Positions 8,657 through 18,666 of a stretch of 30,848 bases of DNA are shown here, piece after piece. The stretch lies in the IMG/VR virus record IMGVR_UViG_3300045988_027937, positions 1-30,848 of that record; one strand, given 5' to 3'. Under the pieces are notes generated by a model. The model did not search any database. It saw only the letters and a list, made by a program, of their open reading frames with translations, and was not told the DNA's origin. The stretch comes from a virus. How positions within the stretch are numbered: the stretch's first letter is position 1; every line of letters begins with the position of its first letter. The position numbers and the translations under genes are program-made.

Positions 8657-9259
8657 ATGGGTAAATTTGCAGTTATTCCCAAAAGCACTTTTGACGACCT
8701 GCAACTTGACGCGGGCGTCTTGCTTAAGAAATTTACACCCGGCACCACGACTGAACCGGCGGACGAGGATATTATTTGCGCCACCACTGGTGGTATCAAC
8801 GCGACTTGCGTGCCGACTTATTCCGACTTCGGCGAGGATGTGGACAACTGCCCGAACGGTATGAAAGAGTTGAAGCACCTCGACAGCTGGGAATGCAAGC
8901 TGGCGTTTACCGCTTTGGGTACAAGCCCGAAAGCAATCCGGCTCTCGCTTGGTTCTGCCGATGTTGACAAGGTTGACACAACGAAGATCACGCCCCGGGC
9001 GGACATCGCGCAGGCGGACTTTTCCGATCTTTGGTGGGTTGGTGACAAAGCAGACGGCGGCTTGGTCGCTATTCAGCTTAAGAACGCATTGTCCACCGGC
9101 GGCTTCTCATTGCAGACCGCAAAGAACGGCAAGGGGCAGATTTCCGTAGAGCTGACCGGCCATGTGTCTATCACTGACCAAAAGACCGTGCCGATGGTGT
9201 TTTATTCCACCGGTGCAAGCAAGGCTGCGCAGAGCAAGGCCGCTGCGGTCAACAAATAA
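8657..9259 (+). CDS. Major tail protein
   Basis: 200 aa, positioned immediately upstream of the chaperone pair and tape measure. Confidence 0.65.
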   Translation: MGKFAVIPKSTFDDLQLDAGVLLKKFTPGTTTEPADEDIICATTGGINATCVPTYSDFGEDVDNCPNGMKELKHLDSWECKLAFTALGTSPKAIRLSLGSADVDKVDTTKITPRADIAQADFSDLWWVGDKADGGLVAIQLKNALSTGGFSLQTAKNGKGQISVELTGHVSITDQKTVPMVFYSTGASKAAQSKAAAVNK

Positions 9260-9286
9260 GAATTTTTGTTTAGGAGGTAAACAAAT

Positions 9287-9658
9287 ATGAAAATTTCCGA
9301 ACTAACGACAGAGCGGGCAGCGGATGTCCTTTGCGAGGTAAGCATTTACGCGCTGAATATCTTGGGCGATAAAGAACTGCTTGCTTCTCTGCGTATGCAG
9401 CTTGAGGGCACGGACGGCGACAGTACCAAAGCGGAGTTGATCGCCGTTGCAAGCGAAAAAATTGCCGAACTTGTCCCGCTGCTGCTAAAAAAGCACAAAG
9501 ACGATGTGTTCGGCATTGTCGCAGCTGTGAATGGGCTGACGCTCGAGCAGGTGCGGCAGCAGAAAATCATCAAGACAATGACCGCTATTAAAGAGATGGC
9601 ACAAGACAAAGACTTGATTGATTTTTTCAAATCCTGCGTGTCCACGGAAAAAGCGTAA
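9287..9658 (+). CDS. Tail assembly chaperone (G-like)
   Basis: 123 aa, acidic, positioned before the tape measure. It contains a slippery heptamer near its 3' end. Confidence 0.75.
   Translation: MKISELTTERAADVLCEVSIYALNILGDKELLASLRMQLEGTDGDSTKAELIAVASEKIAELVPLLLKKHKDDVFGIVAAVNGLTLEQVRQQKIIKTMTAIKEMAQDKDLIDFFKSCVSTEKA
9622..9628 (+). promoter_or_regulatory. -1 programmed ribosomal frameshift slippery heptamer T_TTT_TTC
   Basis: The zero-frame codons are GAT TTT TTC AAA. The -1 frame has its last stop (TGA 9619-9621) immediately before the heptamer and stays open to 9945. Confidence 0.75.
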
Positions 9659-9945
9659 CAAGGGCGTTAATTGACGCCCCTAAACTGACAGTACAAGGGC
9701 TGGTTCTCGCTCTGCCGTTACTTATTGAGCGGCAGTCCGAAGAACTGGCCTTTCGTGTTTATTTGACGAATTGCGCAAAAATTTTGACCGAAAACACGGC
9801 CAAGTCGGCTGGCGGTTCTTATTTGACTAAATCGTATTTGGACATCATCAACCCGCCGCCGCCGGAGACACGCACACCTGAGCAGGTAAAACAACAAATT
9901 CTCGGCAAGTTGAAAGACACGGCCGAAGAAAGGAATAACGACTGA
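9622..9945 (+). CDS. T extension of the tail assembly chaperone (G-T fusion made by a -1 frameshift from 9287..9628)
   Basis: The -1 frame is open over 9622-9945 and ends in TGATG overlapping the tape-measure start. The track shows only its distal part (9763..9945). Confidence 0.7.
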   Translation, partial: FFQILRVHGKSVTRALIDAPKLTVQGLVLALPLLIERQSEELAFRVYLTNCAKILTENTAKSAGGSYLTKSYLDIINPPPPETRTPEQVKQQILGKLKDTAEERNND

Positions 9946-11870
9946 TGAATTTATTTGAATTATTCGTCAAAATCGGAGTTGACGACCAAGCAAGTGACAA
10001 GGTCGGCGCTGTCGGTGACAAGATCAAGAGTGGACTTGGAAAGGCAGCCAAGGTTGCGGGTGCCGCCGTTACTGCCGCGGCGACTGCTGCCGGAGCGCTC
10101 GTGAAACAGTCTACTGAAGCGTATGCGAATTATGAGCAGCTGGTCGGCGGTGTTGACACGCTGTTCAAGAAGTCGTCGAAAAAGGTGCAGGCGTACGCCG
10201 CAAATGCGTACAAGACCGCCGGTCTGTCTGCCAACCAGTATATGGAGACGGTGACGAGTTTCTCTGCGTCACTTTTGCAGTCCGTTGGTGGAGACACAGA
10301 CAAGGCGGCAGAAAAAGCAAACATGGCAATTACCGATATGTCGGATAATGCCAACAAAATGGGATCGAACATGGTGGACGTTGAGAACGCCTACAAAGGA
10401 TTTGCAAAGCAGAACTATACCATGCTCGACAACTTAAAGTTGGGATACGGCGGCACAAAGGAGGAAATGGCTCGGCTTCTGCAGGACGCGGAAAAAATAT
10501 CCGGAGTAAAATATGACTTGTCAAGTTACTCCGATGTAGTCGACGCAATACATGTTGTCCAAACGGAAATGGACATCACAGGCACAACGCAGCGTGAGGC
10601 AGCGACGACTATTGAGGGCTCCGTGAATTCAGCTAAGGCAGCGTGGCAAAATTTGCTTACTGGAATGGCGGACGACAACCAGGACTTCCAGGGGCTCGTG
10701 AATCAGTTTGTTGACAGCGTTGCTACCGCAGCAAACAACATTCTTCCAAGAGTGCAGCAAGCGCTCGAGGGTGTCAGTTCGTTGATCGAGAAGCTGGCGC
10801 CTGTGATTTCCGAAAAAATACCTGAACTGATAACGGCAGTGTTGCCATCGCTTGGCGAAGCCGCTCTCGGTATCATTCAGTCATTGGTTGACGGTATAAA
10901 TCAATCTTTGCCTGCGCTGCTTCCGGCAGTGGTAAGCGTCGTCACAACTCTTGCAACCGGCCTTATTGAAATGCTGCCGACCATTTTGGAAATGGGGCTA
11001 AATATAATCACGCAGTTGGCTCTCGGAATTGCCCAAGCGCTGCCGGAACTTGTGCCGACGATAGTTAATGTCGTATTGCAGATTGTAACAACGCTGACAG
11101 ACCCCGAAACGCTAAACAACTTGCTTAATGCTGCCGTTACGCTGATCACAGCGCTGGCTACCGGATTGATCAATGCGCTGCCGGTTCTCTTGCAGCAAGC
11201 TCCGGTAATTATCGGAAACTTAATCACTGCGCTGAATGCAATGTTGCCCAAGATCCTGCAAATGGGCATAACGATTATCGTCAGCGTTGCTCAAGGATTG
11301 GTTGCAGCACTTCCGAAGATTGTAAAGGCGGCACCGCAAATTATAATGTCAGTCGTAAGAGGCGTCGCGGGGTCCATATCTTCTCTGTTCCGTATAGGCA
11401 AGGACATTATAAGCGAGGTCGGCCACGGATTTAGCGAAGCCGTTGATGGTGCCCGCGACTGGGGTCGTGATATGATCGACAACTTCGTGTCAGGCATTCA
11501 AGAAATGTGGGGCAATCTTGTAAGCACAGTAAGCAACACGGCGCAGAAAGTCCGGGACATTTTGGGCTTCTCCGAGCCGAAAAAAGGCCCGTTGTCGAAC
11601 TTCCACACATACGCTCCGGATATGATGAAGTTGTTTGCAAAAGGCATTAAAGAGAACGAGTGGCTTGTGCTTTCGCAAATACAGAAATCGTTTGACTTTG
11701 GCGAGCAAACAATCAGCGCGGGCTACAATGTTAAAGGCTCCGGCGCTGGTGGCGTTGGTGGTGTTGGCAATATCAATGTTACACTCGGAATCGACCCGAA
11801 CGCCAGCTTGAACGCACTTGCTCGTGCTCTGCTGCCTGTTCTTAAGATCGTCGCAAAGGAGGTAGGCTGA
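9945..11870 (+). CDS. Tail tape measure protein
   Basis: 641 aa, Ala/Leu/Gly-rich and helical, with a TP901-type core (AYKTAGLSANQYMETVTSFSASLLQ). Canonical position. Confidence 0.9.
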   Translation: MNLFELFVKIGVDDQASDKVGAVGDKIKSGLGKAAKVAGAAVTAAATAAGALVKQSTEAYANYEQLVGGVDTLFKKSSKKVQAYAANAYKTAGLSANQYMETVTSFSASLLQSVGGDTDKAAEKANMAITDMSDNANKMGSNMVDVENAYKGFAKQNYTMLDNLKLGYGGTKEEMARLLQDAEKISGVKYDLSSYSDVVDAIHVVQTEMDITGTTQREAATTIEGSVNSAKAAWQNLLTGMADDNQDFQGLVNQFVDSVATAANNILPRVQQALEGVSSLIEKLAPVISEKIPELITAVLPSLGEAALGIIQSLVDGINQSLPALLPAVVSVVTTLATGLIEMLPTILEMGLNIITQLALGIAQALPELVPTIVNVVLQIVTTLTDPETLNNLLNAAVTLITALATGLINALPVLLQQAPVIIGNLITALNAMLPKILQMGITIIVSVAQGLVAALPKIVKAAPQIIMSVVRGVAGSISSLFRIGKDIISEVGHGFSEAVDGARDWGRDMIDNFVSGIQEMWGNLVSTVSNTAQKVRDILGFSEPKKGPLSNFHTYAPDMMKLFAKGIKENEWLVLSQIQKSFDFGEQTISAGYNVKGSGAGGVGGVGNINVTLGIDPNASLNALARALLPVLKIVAKEVG

Positions 11871-11871
11871 T

Positions 11872-12240
11872 ATGATAGCGATTAAGATAAACGGCGTTGT
11901 TTATGAAAATGTCGGTACCATCAAGCCGTCTGTGGCGTATGAGTATCATTACGACGTCGTCACGATGGACGGCCGCCGCCACCGGGACATTAAGGGCAAG
12001 CGCACTAACTACGATGTGACCTTTTTCAACAACGATTTTGCGGCTTATGACGCGCTTAAAACGCTGCTAATGACCGCCGACAGCGTCTTGCTTGAAGTGC
12101 CGGACAGCAACATCGGGACAAACACAGGGGAGTATTCCGTCACTGTGACCGGCGACGACATTAAGGGAGTCTTGTATGACGGCAGCTATTACAGCACGGC
12201 ATTGTCTGTTACATTCGAGAGGGTGACTTGCGATGAGTAA
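11872..12240 (+). CDS. Distal tail protein-like (small)
   Basis: 122 aa. Named only because it is the first gene after the tape measure. Confidence 0.4.
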   Translation: MIAIKINGVVYENVGTIKPSVAYEYHYDVVTMDGRRHRDIKGKRTNYDVTFFNNDFAAYDALKTLLMTADSVLLEVPDSNIGTNTGEYSVTVTGDDIKGVLYDGSYYSTALSVTFERVTCDE

Positions 12241-13915
12241 GAACAAATATGGTTTTTTCAAGTATTTAGACTTCTCCGCAAGCGCCGCCAATGGGGCAAC
12301 ATTCGATATTGTCCGAATTGCTCTGCAAAAAGGGTTTGACACTTCCAGCGGTATCGTTTCAAAGGTGTTCAGCGGAACAGGCGATCAAGATTTTAGGTCG
12401 TTTGAGCCGCAGGGGTTCAATTTGAATGAAAAAGTAGCGCTGTTTGGTCAATCCGGAATTGCGCAAGGCGTCATAACGGCTTACAGAAGCGACAGTAATG
12501 GGCTTTTCGTCGATGGCGAGTCAAACTTTCCGTTTAAGATAGAAATATCGCTTAAAGGCTATTATTCAATGTCTGGGATCACTATAAAATCACGGAATGT
12601 GATTAAATCGCTGAAAATAGAGGCGTTCAGGGACAACGCTTCGGTGGCTTTGGGGCAGTTTATTGGCAGCGAAAAAGGAGAATTCTTCCCGCTTGTGATA
12701 GATAATGCGAATAGCATTACGTTGACTGTCGAACAGGCGGAGCCGCTGTCGTTCATCGGCATTTGGGGTATTCAGTTTGGCACCGCTCGAGAATTTGGCG
12801 ACGAAAGCATTATATCCGCGTCGTTGTCGAAGCTGTATTCGCTGACGGCAAAGTCGTTGGAATACGATACGCTTGACTTGACGGTGCTTGACCCGCAGCG
12901 TGGTGATTATCTCGTGCAGAACAAGCAGGCGATTGACTTCTGCGTTGGAGACAAGCCGATTGAACGCTTCTATGCAAATCAAGGGGCGGAAAACGGGGAC
13001 AACACGACGACGATACAGGCGTACAATGTTGTGTCCGTGTTTGAAGCGCAGACGCTTGGTGGTTTCTTCGGAGCCGACGCAAGTAGAGTTATTGAGTTGA
13101 TTATAAAGCCTATCGGATATAATGTTCTCGGAATGGATATAGCCAACGCTCCGACTATTGACGGCTATTTGCCGATCTGCACTATAAGAGAAGCGCTGCA
13201 ATACATTGCGATTGGTTCCGGTTTGCGGTTCAGCAGCCAAGACGGGATTGACAACAACCGTTGCTTACTTGCAGAGCCTGTTCCGACAGTGCCGGAGGAG
13301 ACGGCAGTAGAGTACACGGAGGCAAACATTGTAGGAACGCCAAAATACGACAAGACAGACTTGGTCAAATCCGTCACGCTGAAGCTGCACAAGCTGTCGC
13401 AAGTCAAAGATACCGAGGAGTTGTACCACTGGTACATCGCCAAGAATAAAAAGGTAAAAATCACATTTAGCAGCCCGCACGCAAACTTAAAGGCGTATGA
13501 GGTGACTGGACACAATGCGGACGGTGACGACCTGGTCGCAGAAACTCCGAGCAAAAATGTAACTTTTGAAAAAAAAGAAGCAAATTATTGCGTCGTGGTT
13601 AATAAGTCGAGCAACAAGATTGTTATTATCGGAAACAAATACGAAGATACAACGGTTGAGTATGTTTCAAAAAGCGCTGAGTTGGCGGACAACGACGAGG
13701 CAAGCGAGGTCAGCTATGAAACTTACATTTGCACGGATGACCCGCAGGCAATCTGCGACGAATTGCTGGAGCAGAACAACCGGCGCACGAAAATAACATT
13801 CAGCACCCTTGACCGGCCTAAGATCGGAAAAGCGTACAACATTTTGGGCAAGGTGATGGTGATTACAAAAGTCACGGACACGCTGACGGGCGTATATGAA
13901 GTGGAGGCGATATAA
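12233..13915 (+). CDS. Tail tip / tail-associated (Tal-like) structural protein
   Basis: 560 aa. Named only because it is the second gene after the tape measure. Confidence 0.5.
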   Translation: MSKNKYGFFKYLDFSASAANGATFDIVRIALQKGFDTSSGIVSKVFSGTGDQDFRSFEPQGFNLNEKVALFGQSGIAQGVITAYRSDSNGLFVDGESNFPFKIEISLKGYYSMSGITIKSRNVIKSLKIEAFRDNASVALGQFIGSEKGEFFPLVIDNANSITLTVEQAEPLSFIGIWGIQFGTAREFGDESIISASLSKLYSLTAKSLEYDTLDLTVLDPQRGDYLVQNKQAIDFCVGDKPIERFYANQGAENGDNTTTIQAYNVVSVFEAQTLGGFFGADASRVIELIIKPIGYNVLGMDIANAPTIDGYLPICTIREALQYIAIGSGLRFSSQDGIDNNRCLLAEPVPTVPEETAVEYTEANIVGTPKYDKTDLVKSVTLKLHKLSQVKDTEELYHWYIAKNKKVKITFSSPHANLKAYEVTGHNADGDDLVAETPSKNVTFEKKEANYCVVVNKSSNKIVIIGNKYEDTTVEYVSKSAELADNDEASEVSYETYICTDDPQAICDELLEQNNRRTKITFSTLDRPKIGKAYNILGKVMVITKVTDTLTGVYEVEAI

Positions 13916-15627
13916 TGGCATCGGGCAGAATTCTTGGCGAAATGTTTGACACGCCGGATTATAAGCTATGGGTTGATTGGCGGTCGGTCGTTGACAATAT
14001 GAGAAATAGCTCGCTGGTTACGGCAGAAATGTACATTCAGTACACAGGCAGTGGAACCGGTGCGGCTGGGCAATGGAACGTAGCGCCGATTTTGACCATT
14101 GACGGCAAGAAGCACGAAGCGACCGACACGGCGATTGATACGAGCAGTGGGCAGCCGGTTCTGCTGTTTGGAGTGTACAATCAGCTGGTGGAGCACGACC
14201 CGGATGGCTACAAAGCGGCAGAGATCAAGGGAGAAGTTGGCGGGGTGACCGGCACGACGCTCATTGGTGGCGGCAGGATCAACGGAATTGCTGCGATGGA
14301 CAAAGCGGATGTCGCAAAGCCAGTTTTTCTCGGAAATGTGCAAATTTTGGCCGGATTTGATTATGCCAGGGTTTCGTTTCAAACGGGAACGAACATATCG
14401 CTGGTTGAATATTCACTGAATGGCGGCGATTTCGTTTCCACAAATTATTCCGGATCGGCAAACATTTTTTTCTATATTCGCGGTTTGCAAATCGATACAG
14501 TTTATTCGCTGGTGGTTCGGATCACCAAGGCGGAAAACGGAATGCAGGCGCTGTCATCGAATGTTACATTCAAAACCTTGAAAGTCTATGTGAATGATTT
14601 TGTACTTACAAAAGACTATATATCTGTAAATCTTGGTGAAACCGCAAAGTTGGTCGAGGGCGTTGACTATTTCTTGTACCCGGAAAACGCAACCGACAAG
14701 TCGCTGACAGTCAAAAACACGAACAGCAGCGTTTGCAGCGCTGAATATATAGACGGATCCGTGTTGGTGCGCGGTAAGGCAAAAGGCACGGCAGACCTGC
14801 GGTTGTCTGTAAATAGCACGCTGCCTATTTATGGAGTGCCGGAATTCCGGGTGCGTGTCAATGTCAAGGTTCCAGTAGAGGGCGTTCGCTTCAATATAAA
14901 GCAAACGACGCTGCGTGTTGGGGACACTTGGCAAGCAGATTACACCGTGCTGCCGATTGGCTGTGACGGCTACGATGTAGAGTTGCGGTCGTTTGCGCCA
15001 AGCGTTGCAACTGTTGACGGCTCTGTGGTGACAGCTGTTGCTGCTGGTGTTGCTCAGATCGGTGTTACAGTGACTGCCGACGAAAAGGAGTACACGGATG
15101 TTTGCGAGGTGACCGTTGTCGCCGCCGGGTCACTCGAGGGCTACCAAAATTATTACGAGCCCGTCGACTTTTTGACAGAGAATGTGCTCAACGATGTTTG
15201 GCGAAATGCGCAAATCATCAAAGCGTTGTTTGATCTGCAAACGAAAGACAAATACAAAGTTGGAACAATCACGAAGCCGCCACAAAGCACGGTTGACGGA
15301 GTTGTGCAGCCATACGGCGGGACGCAACTGGCGGATGTAAAGGCTGTCCTTGACGGAGTTGAAACGGATATGCAGGTGCTTAACTCTTCCAAGATTGAAA
15401 GCGTATATTACATCACGAGCAGTTATCGCATTGACCCTTGGGGGATTGACAAGGCCGGAGTTTGGCGTTGGCTGCAAGTCTTAGATGATCTATTCCAAAT
15501 GCTGACCACGGATGTCGGCTACTGGGGTTACTTACAATGCGCAGACGGCACACCAACCGTTGACGGCAGAACATTGGCGGCTCGTGGAACTTCTGTTGCG
15601 GTTGACTTTGCGAGCGTAATATTGTAG
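13915..15627 (+). CDS. Tail fibre/receptor-binding-type protein with Ig-like (Big_2-like) repeats
   Basis: 570 aa. Two Big_2-like segments are visible: VNLGETAKLV...SLTVKNTNSSVCSAEYIDGSVLVRGKAKGTADLRLSV and LRVGDTWQADYTVLP...VATVDGSVVTAVAAGVAQIGVTV. Confidence 0.6.
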   Translation: MASGRILGEMFDTPDYKLWVDWRSVVDNMRNSSLVTAEMYIQYTGSGTGAAGQWNVAPILTIDGKKHEATDTAIDTSSGQPVLLFGVYNQLVEHDPDGYKAAEIKGEVGGVTGTTLIGGGRINGIAAMDKADVAKPVFLGNVQILAGFDYARVSFQTGTNISLVEYSLNGGDFVSTNYSGSANIFFYIRGLQIDTVYSLVVRITKAENGMQALSSNVTFKTLKVYVNDFVLTKDYISVNLGETAKLVEGVDYFLYPENATDKSLTVKNTNSSVCSAEYIDGSVLVRGKAKGTADLRLSVNSTLPIYGVPEFRVRVNVKVPVEGVRFNIKQTTLRVGDTWQADYTVLPIGCDGYDVELRSFAPSVATVDGSVVTAVAAGVAQIGVTVTADEKEYTDVCEVTVVAAGSLEGYQNYYEPVDFLTENVLNDVWRNAQIIKALFDLQTKDKYKVGTITKPPQSTVDGVVQPYGGTQLADVKAVLDGVETDMQVLNSSKIESVYYITSSYRIDPWGIDKAGVWRWLQVLDDLFQMLTTDVGYWGYLQCADGTPTVDGRTLAARGTSVAVDFASVIL

Positions 15628-15655
15628 AATAAAAATATAAAGGAGGAATTCCGAA

Positions 15656-16348
15656 ATGGCATTATCACCAATCAAGTTGAATGTGAAAGCCCAGCAGCTG
15701 GAAGCACTGGCAAATATGCTGACCGGAGAGGACATCGTGTTCGTGTTTGACGCTGGTGGAGCGATCAAGGACAGCGTTGCTTTTACTCTTGACAGCGCTC
15801 TGTCTGAGGGCAGCCAAAACCCTGTCGCAAACGCTGCGATTACTGAAGCAATCAATGACCAATCGGCAAGGGTTGCAAAGCTGGAAGCGCACAAAGGCGT
15901 GTCTTATCTGCAAGCGTGTTTGTCAAGTGACACGAAGATCACGAAAGAAGGCACATACGAAAATCCGGTTATTCTGCCGTTCACTGGGACTACACGCAGT
16001 GACGGATCGGGTCTTAGCCTCGGCAACAATGGCGTTGTTATCGGCGCAGGCGTTAAAAAGGTTCGGGTGTCGGCGCAAATGTACATGTGGAATTCGACGG
16101 CTCTGACTCGATGTGAAATCAATGTTTACATCAGCAATGCCGACGGCACTCGGTCGCGTCATCTCCGATCAATTACAAAGCGTGTCGATAATTATGAAAC
16201 GATTTCGACTTCGCAAATTATTTTACCGGTTACCGAAGGCCAGACGGTGCAAGCTGCTTATGTCGGAAAGCCGGACACGACAATCGTCTCATATAAAGAC
16301 AGCACTCTCTTGATCGTTGAAGTCGTAGAATGGGAGGACACGAAATGA
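15656..16348 (+). CDS. Tail fibre protein with a jelly-roll-like C-terminal head
   Basis: 230 aa. It carries the fibre motif LDSALSEGSQNPVANAAITEAIN and a beta-rich C-terminus. Confidence 0.5.
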   Translation: MALSPIKLNVKAQQLEALANMLTGEDIVFVFDAGGAIKDSVAFTLDSALSEGSQNPVANAAITEAINDQSARVAKLEAHKGVSYLQACLSSDTKITKEGTYENPVILPFTGTTRSDGSGLSLGNNGVVIGAGVKKVRVSAQMYMWNSTALTRCEINVYISNADGTRSRHLRSITKRVDNYETISTSQIILPVTEGQTVQAAYVGKPDTTIVSYKDSTLLIVEVVEWEDTK

Positions 16349-17013
16349 ACGTATATCTAAAAGACAGCGTGTTCACCACCAGGATCGACACAAGCGAGAA
16401 CTGGGCAGCCGCCAACCCGGTGCTGTACAAAGGCGAACGAGGCATTGACAGCACCGAAGGAAAGGAAAAGGTCGGAGATGGTGTGACGGCTTGGAACGAT
16501 CTGCCGTGGTTTGGCAGTGGCGGGTCTGCCCCTGCTGCCGAGATTTGGGAGCCTGTGTTCTCCAAGACCTTTGACGAGGACACCACGGTCAACCAGCAGT
16601 GGAACCTTGCCAAGCCCTGCCGAAAGATCAGGCTGCGTATGGCTGTGGCTGGCAGTGCTTCTAATTCATCGGCCGGCGATGCCACTGTGTATCTGAACTC
16701 TTACACGTCCAAGTGCTTTCTGCCAAATGTGTTCCGGTTTGAGACGGACGCGGCGAAAGGTTGTCTTGCGGTAGCGGAAGCTGATGTCACCGGCAACATG
16801 GTGTGCGTGCAAACGAACAAGACGAACATATCCAGCAACTTCAACGCGGCCAACGTCTTGGCAGGAAATGCAATATGGAATGCAAGCGGGATCACCTTCA
16901 ACATTATGAGAGATATAGAAAATCATGGTGCCATTAAGACGTTGTCGTTCCCAACGAACGGCAAGACGATCGGAGCGGGCACCCAGGTGGAAGTATTGGG
17001 GGTGGCAAAATGA
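16345..17013 (+). CDS. Tail fibre/RBP-type protein with the conserved fibre N-terminal motif (hyaluronidase/Mtd N-terminal-like)
   Basis: ATG at 16345. NWAAANPVLYKGERGIDSTEGKEKVGDGVTAWNDLPWF matches the widespread fibre N-terminal motif. Confidence 0.55.
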   Translation: MNVYLKDSVFTTRIDTSENWAAANPVLYKGERGIDSTEGKEKVGDGVTAWNDLPWFGSGGSAPAAEIWEPVFSKTFDEDTTVNQQWNLAKPCRKIRLRMAVAGSASNSSAGDATVYLNSYTSKCFLPNVFRFETDAAKGCLAVAEADVTGNMVCVQTNKTNISSNFNAANVLAGNAIWNASGITFNIMRDIENHGAIKTLSFPTNGKTIGAGTQVEVLGVAK

Positions 17014-17189
17014 ATGTTGAGACAGAAAGCCGCATTGCGTTTTTGAAGTCTGAGCTGGAGGAGACGGACTACCTCTGCTTGAAGTACACGGACGGCGCTT
17101 TGTCTGAGGATGAATATGCGCCAATCCGTCAAAAGCGGGCAGAATACCGGGCAGAAATCAACAAGCTGCAAGAAAGCAGCGAAAACTAA
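17010..17189 (+). CDS. Small coiled-coil protein (59 aa, XkdX-like position)
   Basis: ATGA overlap with the previous gene. It encodes MNVETESRIAFLKSELEETDYLCLKYTDGALSEDEYAPIRQKRAEYRAEINKLQESSEN and is below the track cutoff. Confidence 0.5.
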   Translation: MNVETESRIAFLKSELEETDYLCLKYTDGALSEDEYAPIRQKRAEYRAEINKLQESSEN

Positions 17190-17206
17190 GAAAGGCGGTC
17201 AAAAAA

Positions 17207-17470
17207 ATGAAAGTAAACAAAGAAACAATCGCAAGAACGGTGGTGCTGTTCGTGGCGCTGCTTAACACCGTGCTGAATGCCTGCGGCAAGAACCCGCTAC
17301 CGTTCAGCGACGACGAGGTCTACACCGGAGTGTCTGCCGTGGTGGCAACCGTTGCCGCTGTGTGGGCTTGGTGGAAGAACAACAGTTTTACGGCTGCGGC
17401 TGTCAAAGCAGACGAGGTTTTGAAGATTGAAAAGGCCGAGGGCGGCACCGAAGACGAGGGGGAGCAGTGA
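17207..17470 (+). CDS. Holin (Phage_holin_1 / phi LC3 family)
   Basis: 87 aa with two TM segments. GKNPLPFSDDEVY...AVWAWWKNNSFTAAA is the family signature. It overlaps the endolysin start. Confidence 0.85.
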   Translation: MKVNKETIARTVVLFVALLNTVLNACGKNPLPFSDDEVYTGVSAVVATVAAVWAWWKNNSFTAAAVKADEVLKIEKAEGGTEDEGEQ

Positions 17471-18396
17471 TGGGCACACTTCTTTATTATTGCCGGCAGA
17501 CAACCGAGGCCTGCAAGGGCATTCGGTACGCCAGCAAGAGTCATCCGTATAAGTACGGCACTTCCGGATGTATTTACACCAGCGGCTGTGGGGTGTGCGC
17601 CAGCTTGATGGTTCTGCGAAACTTTGGCGTTGTGCCCGCTACGATGAACACAAAGAAATGGGCGGCCGAGTGTGTCAAGATGGGCGCAAGAGCGGCAGAG
17701 GGTACGAATATGGCCAAAATTGCCGAACACTTCAAAAAGTTTTACGGCATTACCGCCAAGCAGACAAAGAGCACCGAAACGCTGAAAAAGCATTTGAGGA
17801 ACGGTGGGCGCGCCATTATCTGTGTCACCGGCGGCGGTAAGCGGCTGTTCAGCAACAGCGGACATTATATCTATGTTGGCGGCATTGACAAGTCCGGCAA
17901 TTTGATCGTTCTCGACCCGTATTGGTACGACGGGAAATTCACCTTGACGGCACGTAGAAAGGCTTATACAAAGGTCAAGAACGATCGAGAAGTCTATGTG
18001 CAGCCGTCAGCGCTGGCGGCAGACATTGGAAGCATTTGGCTGTTCACAGCACCGAAAGGCGTTAAACCGCTGTGCAGCGTAAACGATGTAAACCACAAGA
18101 AGCCGAAGCCGGTGGCTCCGGTGGTTCACCTTGGCCAGCACATTTTGACCGCCGTTCGTGGAGTTTACAAAGGTTGCGGCGCAGATACCGGGCGCAAAAA
18201 GGTCAGCGACTTGTCAGAGGACGGACAGAAGCACGCTACAACAGCCAAGAGGTCCGCATTTGCGTTTTTGAAAAAAGGGACGATAGTTTCCTTGCTTGAA
18301 GTCAAAAAGGCGAAATCGGGCAACCTGTGGGCTAAAATACCCAGCGGTTGGATTTGCATTTGGGAAAAATCTGACAACACCCTGTTCGTTAAGTAA
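17467..18396 (+). CDS. Endolysin: cysteine-peptidase-type catalytic domain plus C-terminal SH3-like binding domain
   Basis: 309 aa. The SGCGVCASLMVL (Cys) and SGHYIYVGGID (His) pattern points to a cysteine peptidase. The C-terminal GTIVSLLEVKKAKSGNLWAKIPSGWICIW segment is SH3b-like. It follows the holin. Confidence 0.7.
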   Translation: MMGTLLYYCRQTTEACKGIRYASKSHPYKYGTSGCIYTSGCGVCASLMVLRNFGVVPATMNTKKWAAECVKMGARAAEGTNMAKIAEHFKKFYGITAKQTKSTETLKKHLRNGGRAIICVTGGGKRLFSNSGHYIYVGGIDKSGNLIVLDPYWYDGKFTLTARRKAYTKVKNDREVYVQPSALAADIGSIWLFTAPKGVKPLCSVNDVNHKKPKPVAPVVHLGQHILTAVRGVYKGCGADTGRKKVSDLSEDGQKHATTAKRSAFAFLKKGTIVSLLEVKKAKSGNLWAKIPSGWICIWEKSDNTLFVK

Positions 18397-18413
18397 GCAA
18401 AGGGGGGCAGGTT

Positions 18414-18653
18414 GTGGGAATGAATAAGGACGACCTTGAAGCAATGCGGTCAGAATTTGACGACAGATATGTGCGGCGGGCGACCTGCGACGAAAGGCAC
18501 AGAGCAGTCAGCAATAAATTTGCGAATGATGACAAGCGCATTGAATTGCTGCTCCAGCGGCTTGCTTCGTATGATAAGCTGCTATGGATAATCACCACCA
18601 GCGTCGTCGGAACGCTCGTGACATCGGTGGTATCTATTATTATACACGGATAA
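18414..18653 (+). CDS. XhlA-like membrane protein (lysis accessory)
   Basis: 79 aa with an N-terminal coiled coil and a single C-terminal TM segment (LLWIITTSVVGTLVTSVVSIIIHG). Confidence 0.5.
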   Translation: MGMNKDDLEAMRSEFDDRYVRRATCDERHRAVSNKFANDDKRIELLLQRLASYDKLLWIITTSVVGTLVTSVVSIIIHG

Positions 18654-18666
18654 GGGAGGAATTGCG

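Noticed and set aside
12590-13240. 216-aa minus-strand ORF inside the tail-tip gene
   Set aside because: It is a shadow ORF of a long plus-strand structural gene within a tightly coupled operon. It has no SD or promoter.
16345-17013. Diversity-generating retroelement targeting the fibre gene, suggested by the Mtd/hyaluronidase-like N-terminal motif
   Set aside because: There is no reverse transcriptase ORF anywhere in the genome, and I saw no template/variable repeat pair. The motif is a common fibre N-terminal module.
17320-17865. 181-aa minus-strand ORF across the holin/endolysin junction
   Set aside because: It is antisense to two confidently recognised lysis genes.
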